From assembly GCA_964012805.1 (NCBI GenBank), contig CAXGUD010000052.1:1-23797 (forward strand): a stretch of DNA of 23,797 bases. Direction: 5' to 3'. Of the stretch, positions 1 through 8,172 are shown in pieces. The notes beneath the pieces are model-generated. The model was given only the letters and a program-made list of their open reading frames with translations. It did no database searches and was not told the origin of the DNA. Source of the stretch: an uncultured Bacteriovoracaceae bacterium. Lineage in GTDB: Bacteria; Bdellovibrionota; Bacteriovoracia; Bacteriovoracales; Bacteriovoracaceae. The position numbers and the translations under genes are program-made. The stretch's first letter is position 1. Each line of letters opens with the position of its first letter.

Positions 1-164
1 GACGTGGTGGAAATGGAAGAGTAGCTCCACCAAGACGTGGTGGAAATGGAAGAGTGACTCCACCAAGGCGTGGTGGAAGTGGAAACTCGAGAGTCAACCC
101 TCCAAGGCGTGGTGGAAATGGAAGAGTAGCTCCACCAAGGCGTGGCGGAAACGGAAGAGTGAGG
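1..164 (+). repeat. 33-bp coding tandem repeat (RRGGNGRV[A/T/N]PP), at least 5 units, one expanded to 39 bp
   Basis: Units at 1-33, 34-66, 67-105 (39 bp), 106-138 and a partial unit at 139-164. The array runs off the left edge of the window. Confidence 0.9.
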
Positions 165-863
165 CCAGGAAGAAGGTTAAATTATAGACCTAAGCCGCCT
201 CTACCGCCAAGAAGGTACCGCCCAATTACTGGAAGGCGTTTTCAAAAGCGTCACATGAAATACCACAGGCGCTTTTATCACCGTCCAGGATGGCATAGAC
301 CAAGACCAATTTTTAGAAGGTATGTTCATGTTCCTTACAGATATTATCCATCTCATAGGCTAAGATTTGTCTATCCAAGATACTACTTTAGGACAATTCC
401 TTACAGATTTGTTTATTGGAATAGATGGGTTCGATTCAGAATTGACTATAACAATGGTTACTACTTCCGTAATGGATACCCATACTTTGTCTATAATGGA
501 TACCTCCATAGGTACTCCAGTTATGATACTTGTAACTTTGAGTTAGTTGATGGTTACAGAAATGCAACCGTAGAGAGGTTTAATAATTACAGATGTAATG
601 TCGGTTATGACCAGTGTGCTGAGCTTCGTTCTCGCTTAAATTATCAAGAAGGTTCTTATCGATATTTCTGTTCAGAAGCAATCGAAAATGTCAGAAGTAA
701 TGATTACGACTGGGATTATGATGACGACTTTTACAGTGATGTAGATTACGATGACTATGATGAAGGACCTTATTTTGAAGATGCTGATTTTGCGTTAAGT
801 AGTGGTTCAGATTCTGAAGATTGGATTGATTCGCTAGTTGATGATGAAGAGGATCTCATTTAG
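3..863 (+). CDS. 5'-truncated hypothetical protein: RRGGNGRVxPP repeats, Arg/Tyr/His-rich block, 4-Cys domain, Asp/Tyr/Glu-rich tail
   Basis: The frame is open from base 3 (cgt ggt gga aat gga aga gta gct cca cca...). The GTG at 54 lies inside a repeat unit, so the true start is upstream of the window. TAG at 861-863 is followed by a terminator. Confidence 0.85.
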   Translation, partial: RGGNGRVAPPRRGGNGRVTPPRRGGSGNSRVNPPRRGGNGRVAPPRRGGNGRVRPGRRLNYRPKPPLPPRRYRPITGRRFQKRHMKYHRRFYHRPGWHRPRPIFRRYVHVPYRYYPSHRLRFVYPRYYFRTIPYRFVYWNRWVRFRIDYNNGYYFRNGYPYFVYNGYLHRYSSYDTCNFELVDGYRNATVERFNNYRCNVGYDQCAELRSRLNYQEGSYRYFCSEAIENVRSNDYDWDYDDDFYSDVDYDDYDEGPYFEDADFALSSGSDSEDWIDSLVDDEEDLI

Positions 864-886
864 AGTTTTAAAAATTTTTTAATGAT

Positions 887-920
887 AAAAAAGGGAGGGC
901 AACCTCCCTTTTTTTTTTTT
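887..920. terminator. Bidirectional intrinsic terminator
   Basis: AAAAAA-GGGAGG-GCAA-CCTCCC-T12: a perfect stem with a GNRA loop, flanked by A and T tracts, between convergent genes. Confidence 0.92.
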
Positions 921-1518
921 AAGGAAAGATTAAGTAGATACCAAGCATTGCCAGAGTAAGTCCTAGGAAAATATTTAGGCATTTAGCTTGTTTCGGTGTT
1001 GAAAAAAACCTTTTCAAAAAAATCCCAGCTACGGCCCAAGTTATTAGGGCCGATAATCCAAAGAGTGAATTAATAAAGTTCCAAATTAACTTTTCTTTTA
1101 AACCTGGTTGAATAGGGTTAAGTACCGTGGTCATAAGAGTCGTGAAATGAGACCAGGCTTTACCATTTAGAAACTGTAAAATAAAACCTTCTTTAAAGCC
1201 TAATAAATTCTTTTGTTTATTATCTTCTTCAATGTTTATAGGAGGGGAAAATGCAATTTTTCCTGCTAAAAAAAGAATATATCCTGCTCCCAAAAAAACA
1301 ATGAAGTTAAAAATGTTTTTATATTGATTTATCCAATCAGCTAATAGGGCAACTAGTGAACCTGTAAAGGTAAAACCGGTATACATACCTAAATGTAGTG
1401 GAATTGTTTTTTTGTAGCCAAATTTTATCGTATGAAAAGTTGATAGGATATTATTAGGTCCGGGAGTAAAACACATGGTCAATATAAAAGTAAAAATAGC
1501 AATAATTTCGGGCTTCAT
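919..1518 (-). CDS. LysE/RhtB-family amino-acid exporter
   Basis: TPGPNN motif, ILQFLNGKAW (LNPK-like motif) and about 6 hydrophobic segments. ATG at 1518 (MKPEII) is preferred over the TTG at 1584. Confidence 0.88.
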   Translation of the reverse strand: MKPEIIAIFTFILTMCFTPGPNNILSTFHTIKFGYKKTIPLHLGMYTGFTFTGSLVALLADWINQYKNIFNFIVFLGAGYILFLAGKIAFSPPINIEEDNKQKNLLGFKEGFILQFLNGKAWSHFTTLMTTVLNPIQPGLKEKLIWNFINSLFGLSALITWAVAGIFLKRFFSTPKQAKCLNIFLGLTLAMLGIYLIFP

Positions 1519-1771
1519 TAATTTTATTTCCAATAGTTCTTTACGGGTAGCTTGTCCTTCGGAAGCTAAAAATTGATTCTTCAATAAAACTAAGACTACC
1601 TACTTTTTTAGTTAGCTTTTTCCTTTTTAATTAGTTGACTCTATTGTTTTTTATTCAATGGACCTTTTAACTTTTCTTAATATTTTTTGGCATATATTCG
1701 ATAATGTTGAAGGCGACTTAAAGGCGTTATTTTGATTTTAATAATCTTTTTAAAAGTGAGAAAAGAGTTTC

Positions 1772-4486
1772 ATGGCAGATAAGAATAGGAAAAGCCATAT
1801 AATTTACGTTTCCAAAAGAGCAGTTTTAGGTCATGGGGTCAATTACCAAACTCTAACTGAGCTTGTAAAAGGTGATCAGGAAAGGGTTAACGTTGTCCAG
1901 TGGAATGCTCAGGAAGCAAACTGGATTGATGAAGTCCTAAGAATGGGCAGAAGTACAATTAATACAATTATGATCCCTTCTTTTTGGCTTCTTAAATTAC
2001 CAGAAGAAATTCCAGATAGGTTTTTAAAGTTGATTCAATCAGGTCAAGTGAGAATAGCTTATTTTGGAAAGAAAACAGATGAAGCAAACTACGAGTTTCC
2101 TGCTTTTAATATTCCTAGCGATAGAGGAATTGATATCTTAAACTCGATGGCCAAATTTTTAGGGGAAGCTACATTTACAGGAATTCACTGCTTTTTTCCT
2201 CCTGGAACAAAAATTGTCTCAACAAGACCTGCAACAAGCTTACCTGACATGAAAGAACCTTTAGATAAAGTTTTTTCTTATTATGGCTCGAGGGCCCCTC
2301 AGGTTGGTGAGCATAAGATAAAAGTCAATATTGCGATGAGGGCGATTGTTAAATTTGCTTTTGAAGAAAATCCTGCTCCACCTGATGTAAAGATAAAAGT
2401 TGGTTTTAGTAATGATCTTTTTGCCTTTTCTATAAAGTGGAAGACAAATATTTTAGATTATAAAGAATGGGTCAAAAAAAGTCCTCAGTGGGATAATATC
2501 ACTCCTACTTGTTCAGGTCTTTGGTTTAATTTACTCCCTTTAACAGGGGAAGTAGAGGCAACCGGCATGTATTTTCTAGGGGAAAGTATGGCCGAAACTT
2601 TACCTCAAATTACAAATGCTTATCCTCTTGGTGTTAATATTTTTGGAAAAAATAGAATTGATCCCGATTTTCAATTAGATCCAGATCCTTCTGCTTTTGA
2701 TGATGCTGTTTTTAGTATTGCGGAGAAAACACTTCCTAAGTCGGAGTCATTACTAGACGCTCCTGTTGTAGATCGGTATGAAAAAGATGATATTTTGGGT
2801 GTTGTGAAGGTTGAAGGGTTAAATGATGATTGCGTTTTGGGGATCGTAAAAGCCGATGAGTTTCCCGATAGTGACATCTTAGGAACAGTGACAGCAGATC
2901 AAATTCAAGGCGACGATATTTTGGCCCGTTATAAAGTCGAACAAATTGAAGGTAACGATGTCCTGGGCGTTGTAAAGATAAACCCAATCGAGGGTGATGA
3001 TATCCTTGGATCGGTTAAAGTTGATCAAATAGATGGAGAAGATATCCTAGGTGCTGTTCAAGTCGAAAAGGAAGCTCAAGACGAAATCTTGGCCCGTTAT
3101 AAAGTTGATCAAGCTGAAGGTAATGATGTTATAGGAACAGTAGAAGTTGATAGAAATGTGGGAGATGAAGTTTTAGGAACTGTAAAAGGAAATAAAGAAG
3201 CTGAAGATGGTATTTTAGGAACAGTTAAAGAAGATAGAAAAATAGAAGATGGTGTTTTGGGAACGGTTAAAGGTGATGGCCTTTTTGAAGGAGATGATGT
3301 TTTAGGGACTGTTCAAGTAGAAAAAGAAGAAAAAGATGAAGTTTTGGCACGTTATAAAGTTGATCAGGTTGAAGGAAATGACGTTGTTGCAACTTTCAAA
3401 GGTGATGGATCTGAAAAAGATGAAGTCTTGGCGAATATTAAGGGAGAGGGTGCTGAGAGTGATGATGTTTTAGGGACCGTGAAAGGCGAAGGCCCTGAAA
3501 AAGATGGAGTCCTCGGGACTATTAAAGGTGAAAAGCAAGATCAAGATGGTGTTTTGGCCAATATAAAAGGCGATGGACAAATTAAAGATGAGGTTCTAGG
3601 AACCGTTTCGATTGAAGGATCAGAGAAAGATGAAGTTTTGGCAAAATATAAAGTCGACCAAGTTGAGGGTAATGATGTTGTAGCAACTTTTAAAGGAGAA
3701 GGTCCAGAGGGTGATGAAGTTTTAGGGACAGTTAAAGGAGAAGGCCCTGAAAAAGATGGTATTTTAGGGACTGTTAAAGGAGAAGGACCTGAAAAAGATG
3801 AAGTCTTGGCGACCATTAAGGGTGAAAAAGAGGAAGGTGACGGGATTCTTGGAAAAGTTTCATCAGATGGGGAAGACGGTGAAAGTGTTTTAGGAGTTGT
3901 GAAGGGGGATGGGCCTCTCGGCAATAAGAAAGAGGTAGTCGCAACATTTAAGGAAAATAGAGTTATTAAAGATGAAGTGCACGTCATTAAAGGAAGTAAA
4001 AACGACCGTATTATTGATACCAAACAAGTCGCCCAGATTAAAACTGAAAAGATAAAATCTGATTTTGTTTCAAAACCGAAAGATAATATTAACCTTCTTC
4101 TTGTTGGTGACAATCCAGAAAATATTGAAAAGTTAAGTGAAATTTTTCTCAAGCTAAAAATAAAAGTCTTTACTACGACCAGCTCGTCAAAGGCAACTCA
4201 ATTGCTAAAAAATCAAAAGTTTGGTTGCGTGATAACCTGTATGGAGCTTGAAAAAGGAAATGCTGAATTTGTCGTCAGTAAAGTTAGAAGTGATAGAAAT
4301 GGAGCAAACTTTAAGGCCCCTATCATTTTAATTATGAATAGTACTGACATGGAAACCTTAAAAAAGATGAAGAAAAATATTAATGGACTTGTCAGTTCTA
4401 AAGTTACTTCAAAAGAACTTTACGATAAGTTTAAAAAAACCTGTCCCGATTTATTTAAGACTCTTAAAAGGAAAAAGGCCGGATAA
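1772..4486 (+). CDS. 904-aa protein: N-terminal alpha/beta region, about 29 acidic 14-aa repeats, C-terminal pseudo-receiver domain
   Basis: Long ORF with a clear 14-aa period. The C-terminal LLLVGDN...CVITCMEL...APIILI...SSKVT follows the receiver strand pattern. No signal peptide or TM segment is visible. Confidence 0.88.
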   Translation: MADKNRKSHIIYVSKRAVLGHGVNYQTLTELVKGDQERVNVVQWNAQEANWIDEVLRMGRSTINTIMIPSFWLLKLPEEIPDRFLKLIQSGQVRIAYFGKKTDEANYEFPAFNIPSDRGIDILNSMAKFLGEATFTGIHCFFPPGTKIVSTRPATSLPDMKEPLDKVFSYYGSRAPQVGEHKIKVNIAMRAIVKFAFEENPAPPDVKIKVGFSNDLFAFSIKWKTNILDYKEWVKKSPQWDNITPTCSGLWFNLLPLTGEVEATGMYFLGESMAETLPQITNAYPLGVNIFGKNRIDPDFQLDPDPSAFDDAVFSIAEKTLPKSESLLDAPVVDRYEKDDILGVVKVEGLNDDCVLGIVKADEFPDSDILGTVTADQIQGDDILARYKVEQIEGNDVLGVVKINPIEGDDILGSVKVDQIDGEDILGAVQVEKEAQDEILARYKVDQAEGNDVIGTVEVDRNVGDEVLGTVKGNKEAEDGILGTVKEDRKIEDGVLGTVKGDGLFEGDDVLGTVQVEKEEKDEVLARYKVDQVEGNDVVATFKGDGSEKDEVLANIKGEGAESDDVLGTVKGEGPEKDGVLGTIKGEKQDQDGVLANIKGDGQIKDEVLGTVSIEGSEKDEVLAKYKVDQVEGNDVVATFKGEGPEGDEVLGTVKGEGPEKDGILGTVKGEGPEKDEVLATIKGEKEEGDGILGKVSSDGEDGESVLGVVKGDGPLGNKKEVVATFKENRVIKDEVHVIKGSKNDRIIDTKQVAQIKTEKIKSDFVSKPKDNINLLLVGDNPENIEKLSEIFLKLKIKVFTTTSSSKATQLLKNQKFGCVITCMELEKGNAEFVVSKVRSDRNGANFKAPIILIMNSTDMETLKKMKKNINGLVSSKVTSKELYDKFKKTCPDLFKTLKRKKAG
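2780..3994 (+). repeat. 42-bp / 14-aa degenerate coding repeat, consensus about E[G/K]D[D/E/G][V/I]L[G/A]T[V/I]KG[E/D]xx
   Basis: Hand alignment gives about 29 units, two of them with 1-2 aa insertions. The subtype LA[R/K]YKV[D/E]Q starts at 2921, 3089, 3344 and 3638. Confidence 0.9.
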
Positions 4487-4520
4487 ATTTAAAATAGAAC
4501 CATATTGAGTAAAATAAATT

Positions 4521-4766
4521 ATGAAAGTCTTTTACATTGACCGAGACTTAAGAACATCAAAGATCTACATTGTTCCATTTTCTCAAAAAGAAGATAAGGC
4601 CTATGTCATAGAGTGCCCTAATATCTCTTATGCTGAAGACCTCTTGAAAAAGTTGAATTACCTAGGCTTAAGTCCTCCACTAATAAATAATTCAGATTTT
4701 GAGCAAATAGATACCTATACTGAAAGCGACCATAAAATGGTCGCTATATACCGATGCAAATTGTAA
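4521..4766 (+). CDS. Small hypothetical protein (81 aa)
   Basis: ATG ORF with globular composition that fills the gap between the 904-aa gene and the convergent transketolase. Confidence 0.65.
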   Translation: MKVFYIDRDLRTSKIYIVPFSQKEDKAYVIECPNISYAEDLLKKLNYLGLSPPLINNSDFEQIDTYTESDHKMVAIYRCKL

Positions 4767-4791
4767 AAGAAAAGAGACCAAAGTACCAAAG

Positions 4792-6846
4792 TTAAGACTT
4801 TAGAAAGCTTTTTGTCTCTTCAACAAGTTTATTTTCATCTAATCCATGAGCTTTATAGAGATGATCAGCTAAATAAGCTGACTGCCCGAAGCCTCCCTGA
4901 GTCGCAAGACATTTTATTTTGAAATCAATATCATTTAAAGATAGTGCATGGGTTAGCTGAGCACCCATACCACCAACTAATTGGTGGTCTTCCAGGGTAA
5001 TAACTCTACTTCCTGTTTCTTTAAGGCATTCTGAAATTGTTTGAAGGTCTGGCCTATTTACAAAGGCATTATTAATAACTGTTGCTGAAAGTCCTTCTTT
5101 TTCCAGCAGTTCACTCGCAGCTAAGGCCTTAGGCAGAAGAGGGCCACATGTAATAAAGGTTATATCTTTTCCCTTTTTTAAAACCTGTGCCTTTCCCCAT
5201 TCAAAAGTAGCTTTTTCATCAAAGCTAATAGGGTGTTTTTCACGTCCATAGAAGAAAAGAACACTATCGGAATTACCATTTTCTTCTCTTTCTCTTTTTA
5301 TTTTATGAATAGCTTGTCCCATAAGAGCTTCTGCTTCTGCTTGGCATGAGACGACGACACATTGAACGTGCGGTATTGCTGATGTGGCCGCAAGGTAAGT
5401 CGTCGCTTGGTGGCTTGCTCCATCTGCTGCATCTTGAAAGCCAGTATGAGAAAATAGACCAATAATTGGAGCCTGCGAAAGACCACTCATAATTAGAGGA
5501 AGATTTCCTTTGGAAATAGCAAACTGTGCGAATGTATCGACAATTCCAATAAGACCTTGTTTTGAAAGGCCAACAGCCGTGCTCACAGCATTGGCTTCAG
5601 CAACACCGACATCAATAAAGCGACCGGGAAACTCTTTTTGAAAAGCAGCAATTCCCGTGGATCCTTGAAGGTCTGCTGAAACAGAAAAAACTGGAAGACC
5701 TTCTTTTGCTGCTTTAATGGCAGCTTTGGCAAAGCCAGGCTGAACTTTATCCATCGGAGTTGCTTGAGTTTGTCCTTGAGGGGCAGTTGATTCAGAAGGA
5801 CTAGGTTTTTTAACTAGCTTTTGGATTGTACCTTTTAATTCAGAAGGAACTTCTCCATCAAAAATTTCTTCAATAAAGCTATCTAGTTTATCGCTATAAG
5901 CTTTGAGCGGATACCCATGTCCACCCGATGCACTCTCTTCTGTTGACTTGACTCCAAAGCCTTTAACAGTGAGGCAGTGAAGACAGACAGGTTTAAGCGG
6001 ATTGGCTTTGGCAACTTCGAGTCCCTTTTCTATGGCATTATAGACTTCTTGAAGATTGTTGCCTTCCTTGACCAAAATGACTTCCCAACCAAGTTGAGAA
6101 AGTGTAGAAAATGTCGATTCCATACTAAAAGAATCTTTATCGATCCTACCAGAAAGTTTTGTATTGTTGTCTGAGACAACCATGAGGAATGGGTTAAGCA
6201 TTCCCCTCGAAGCTAAACCAGGGATGGCAGCAAAGGACTCTTTTGCTTCCCCTTCCATACTAGCACCATCTGAAATAGTGCAAACGGTAACTCTCTCGTT
6301 TCCGATGGCCTTATCAGCAATAGCAAGTCCTTGAGCTTGTGGAAGTCCGCTCCCAAGAGGGCCATTACTAATATAGACGCCTTCAGGGTTGAGGTGGGCT
6401 TCACCATGGCCAGTCAATTTACTGTCTATCGATCTAAACTTAAAAAGGTCCTCAAAGTTTAATCCGTCGAATCCATAATTGGCCCTAAGTGCATAGACAC
6501 CATTTTCTGTATGGCCTGCATCGTTAACGAAGTTAAAGGATTCAAACCATGGAGATGATTTATTTTCAAACATAAACCAATGAATACATGACATAATTTC
6601 TGCAAAAGCAGCGGGGCCACCCCAGTGAGCTGCTGCTCCTCCATGGACGGCATACTGGTTCATAAGAGCTACGAGGGCCCTGGTCATTCGAGGATCGGCT
6701 ACTTTAATATCATCACCTTTTTGGTTTTTGATGTTAACAGTGAAGCGCGGGTTATTAGGAGGAGTGCCTGCTAACTTTTGCTTAAGGCTAATTGGTTTAA
6801 GAGTGTCGAGTTGTTTATGGCTCGGATGTTCCAATCGAATGCTCAT
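4792..6846 (-). CDS. tkt: Single-chain transketolase-family ThDP enzyme
   Basis: DAGH, LTGHGE, GPLGSGL, SDGASMEG...DNN (ThDP motif variant), DVGVAEAN, DGASHQ, LEDHQLVGGMG. GAGG-like RBS upstream. Confidence 0.88.
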   Translation of the reverse strand: MSIRLEHPSHKQLDTLKPISLKQKLAGTPPNNPRFTVNIKNQKGDDIKVADPRMTRALVALMNQYAVHGGAAAHWGGPAAFAEIMSCIHWFMFENKSSPWFESFNFVNDAGHTENGVYALRANYGFDGLNFEDLFKFRSIDSKLTGHGEAHLNPEGVYISNGPLGSGLPQAQGLAIADKAIGNERVTVCTISDGASMEGEAKESFAAIPGLASRGMLNPFLMVVSDNNTKLSGRIDKDSFSMESTFSTLSQLGWEVILVKEGNNLQEVYNAIEKGLEVAKANPLKPVCLHCLTVKGFGVKSTEESASGGHGYPLKAYSDKLDSFIEEIFDGEVPSELKGTIQKLVKKPSPSESTAPQGQTQATPMDKVQPGFAKAAIKAAKEGLPVFSVSADLQGSTGIAAFQKEFPGRFIDVGVAEANAVSTAVGLSKQGLIGIVDTFAQFAISKGNLPLIMSGLSQAPIIGLFSHTGFQDAADGASHQATTYLAATSAIPHVQCVVVSCQAEAEALMGQAIHKIKREREENGNSDSVLFFYGREKHPISFDEKATFEWGKAQVLKKGKDITFITCGPLLPKALAASELLEKEGLSATVINNAFVNRPDLQTISECLKETGSRVITLEDHQLVGGMGAQLTHALSLNDIDFKIKCLATQGGFGQSAYLADHLYKAHGLDENKLVEETKSFLKS

Positions 6847-6913
6847 GAGGGACTCCTAGAATATGAACTGATAGTAATAGTTAAATAAGAACCTAGATTT
6901 TCTGACTGCTAAA

Positions 6914-7537
6914 CTAACTTTGTTCTTCTTTTTTGGCCAGAGAAGTAATGGCCTTTAAATCAAAGAGTTGATTCTTTTCCATTTCAAAGAAAATTTCTCT
7001 ACTGACCCAAGCATCTAGAGCCGCATAACGTATTTGGGCCTTGCTTAAAAACTTATTCTCCCAATTGGTAAGTTTTGCTTTTTTAGAGAGCCGCATCCCT
7101 AGGAAAAGGCCACATAAGCCTCTAAGGCTTAAAACTTCAATTTCGCTATTTTTTGCTAGCGTCTGAAGGTCGATGAAGCTCCTGGCTTTGAATGGAGCAA
7201 GTTCTTGAAGGCCCTTTATATCTTGGTTAAGGGCCAAACCTATTTTAAAATGGGTTGGGTCATTTAGGAGCTGCGCCAGTGGTTTTGGCAGTCCAAGAGT
7301 TTTTAATCGGAAGAGGAAAACTTTATTAGGCGTAGACAATTGAAGAAGACTTACTTTATAGGATTTATTTTTTGTAAAACTAGGTCTCGTTTCTGTATCA
7401 AAACCAATATAAGGCTCTTTTTTAAGCTCATCTATTGCATCTTTACATTCACTTGGTTTACTGACAGTGATTATATCCCCTTGAAATGAGGCTAGTGGCA
7501 AGGCGTTAATTTCTTCTTTCGAAATGGTTTTTTTCAT
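6914..7537 (-). CDS. DEDDy 3'-5' exonuclease (WRN / RNase D-like)
   Basis: ExoI GFDTETRP, LLQLST, ExoII NQD, SLRGL, ExoIII TNWE...QIRYAALDA. Confidence 0.9.
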   Translation of the reverse strand: MKKTISKEEINALPLASFQGDIITVSKPSECKDAIDELKKEPYIGFDTETRPSFTKNKSYKVSLLQLSTPNKVFLFRLKTLGLPKPLAQLLNDPTHFKIGLALNQDIKGLQELAPFKARSFIDLQTLAKNSEIEVLSLRGLCGLFLGMRLSKKAKLTNWENKFLSKAQIRYAALDAWVSREIFFEMEKNQLFDLKAITSLAKKEEQS

Positions 7538-7656
7538 AGTCCTGCTTTTGCCATACTCAATAGGTGTTGGAAAGAGAAAGGTTCTTGCTATCTTTGTCGC
7601 AACACTGTAAAAAAAAGGTGGTATGCACTAACAAAATAGAAAATAGGAGAGACCTT

Positions 7657-8145
7657 ATGCCTTCCTTTGATCTTGTTTCTAAGCTTGATATGGGTGAGTT
7701 GAAAAACGTCATTAACCAAACCATTAGACAAATTGCTGGGCGTTATGACTTTAAAGGTGCAGATGTAAGAGTTGAGTTAAAAGAAGCTTTCGTTGAGTTG
7801 TGGGCACCTGACGAATACAAATTAAATGCAGTTCTCGATATTTTGCGGACAAATATGGTGAAAAGAAATATTGGAATGAATGCTTTGGAGCCTGAAGAGC
7901 CGATCCCCTCAGGTAGAAATATGCTAAAGCAAATCCTACAGGTCAAGCAGGGGATAGATAAGGAAAAAGGGAAGCAGATTAACAAACTCATAAAGACTTC
8001 CGGTCATAAGGTGACTTCAGCCTATGTGGATGAAAAGATTAGAATCACTGGTAAAAAGATAGATGAACTTCAGGCCATTTTTTCAATGCTCAAGGATCAT
8101 AAAGAGGTGAAAATGGAGCTTCAGATGGAAAATATGAAAAGATAA
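7657..8145 (+). CDS. yajQ: YajQ-family nucleotide / c-di-GMP-binding protein
   Basis: MPSFDLVSK start, RYDFKG, KQGID, IRITGKKIDELQ. AGGAGA RBS before the ATG at 7657, so the GTG at 7564 is rejected as the start. Confidence 0.95.
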   Translation: MPSFDLVSKLDMGELKNVINQTIRQIAGRYDFKGADVRVELKEAFVELWAPDEYKLNAVLDILRTNMVKRNIGMNALEPEEPIPSGRNMLKQILQVKQGIDKEKGKQINKLIKTSGHKVTSAYVDEKIRITGKKIDELQAIFSMLKDHKEVKMELQMENMKR

Positions 8146-8172
8146 TGAGTAATAAGTTATAATTAGTAGGCT

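Noticed and set aside
1..164. 33-bp repeats as a CRISPR array
   Set aside because: The units are contiguous with no unique spacers, are in-frame multiples of 3 and vary at codon level. No cas genes are present.
2780..3994. 42-bp periodic region as a CRISPR array or non-coding repeat array
   Set aside because: Conservation is at amino-acid level with synonymous divergence, and the region lies wholly inside an open frame.
3541..4152. 203-aa antisense ORF with SGPSP repeats (also 2671-2877 and 2736-2987)
   Set aside because: These are shadows of the repetitive plus-strand codons (GAA/GGA/GAT read as Ser/Pro/Phe on the other strand), with no independent signal.
5298..6653. Short alternative-frame ORFs within the transketolase, and similar 60-125 aa ORFs inside yajQ, the oxidase, DUF1338, Nudix, NYN, the phosphoesterase and oxoprolinase
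   Set aside because: They are nested in or largely overlap well-supported genes, have no motifs, and are of a length expected by chance.
7564..7656. N-terminal extension of YajQ
   Set aside because: The family starts at MPSFD, and a clear AGGAGA RBS precedes the ATG at 7657. The extension is the divergent promoter region.
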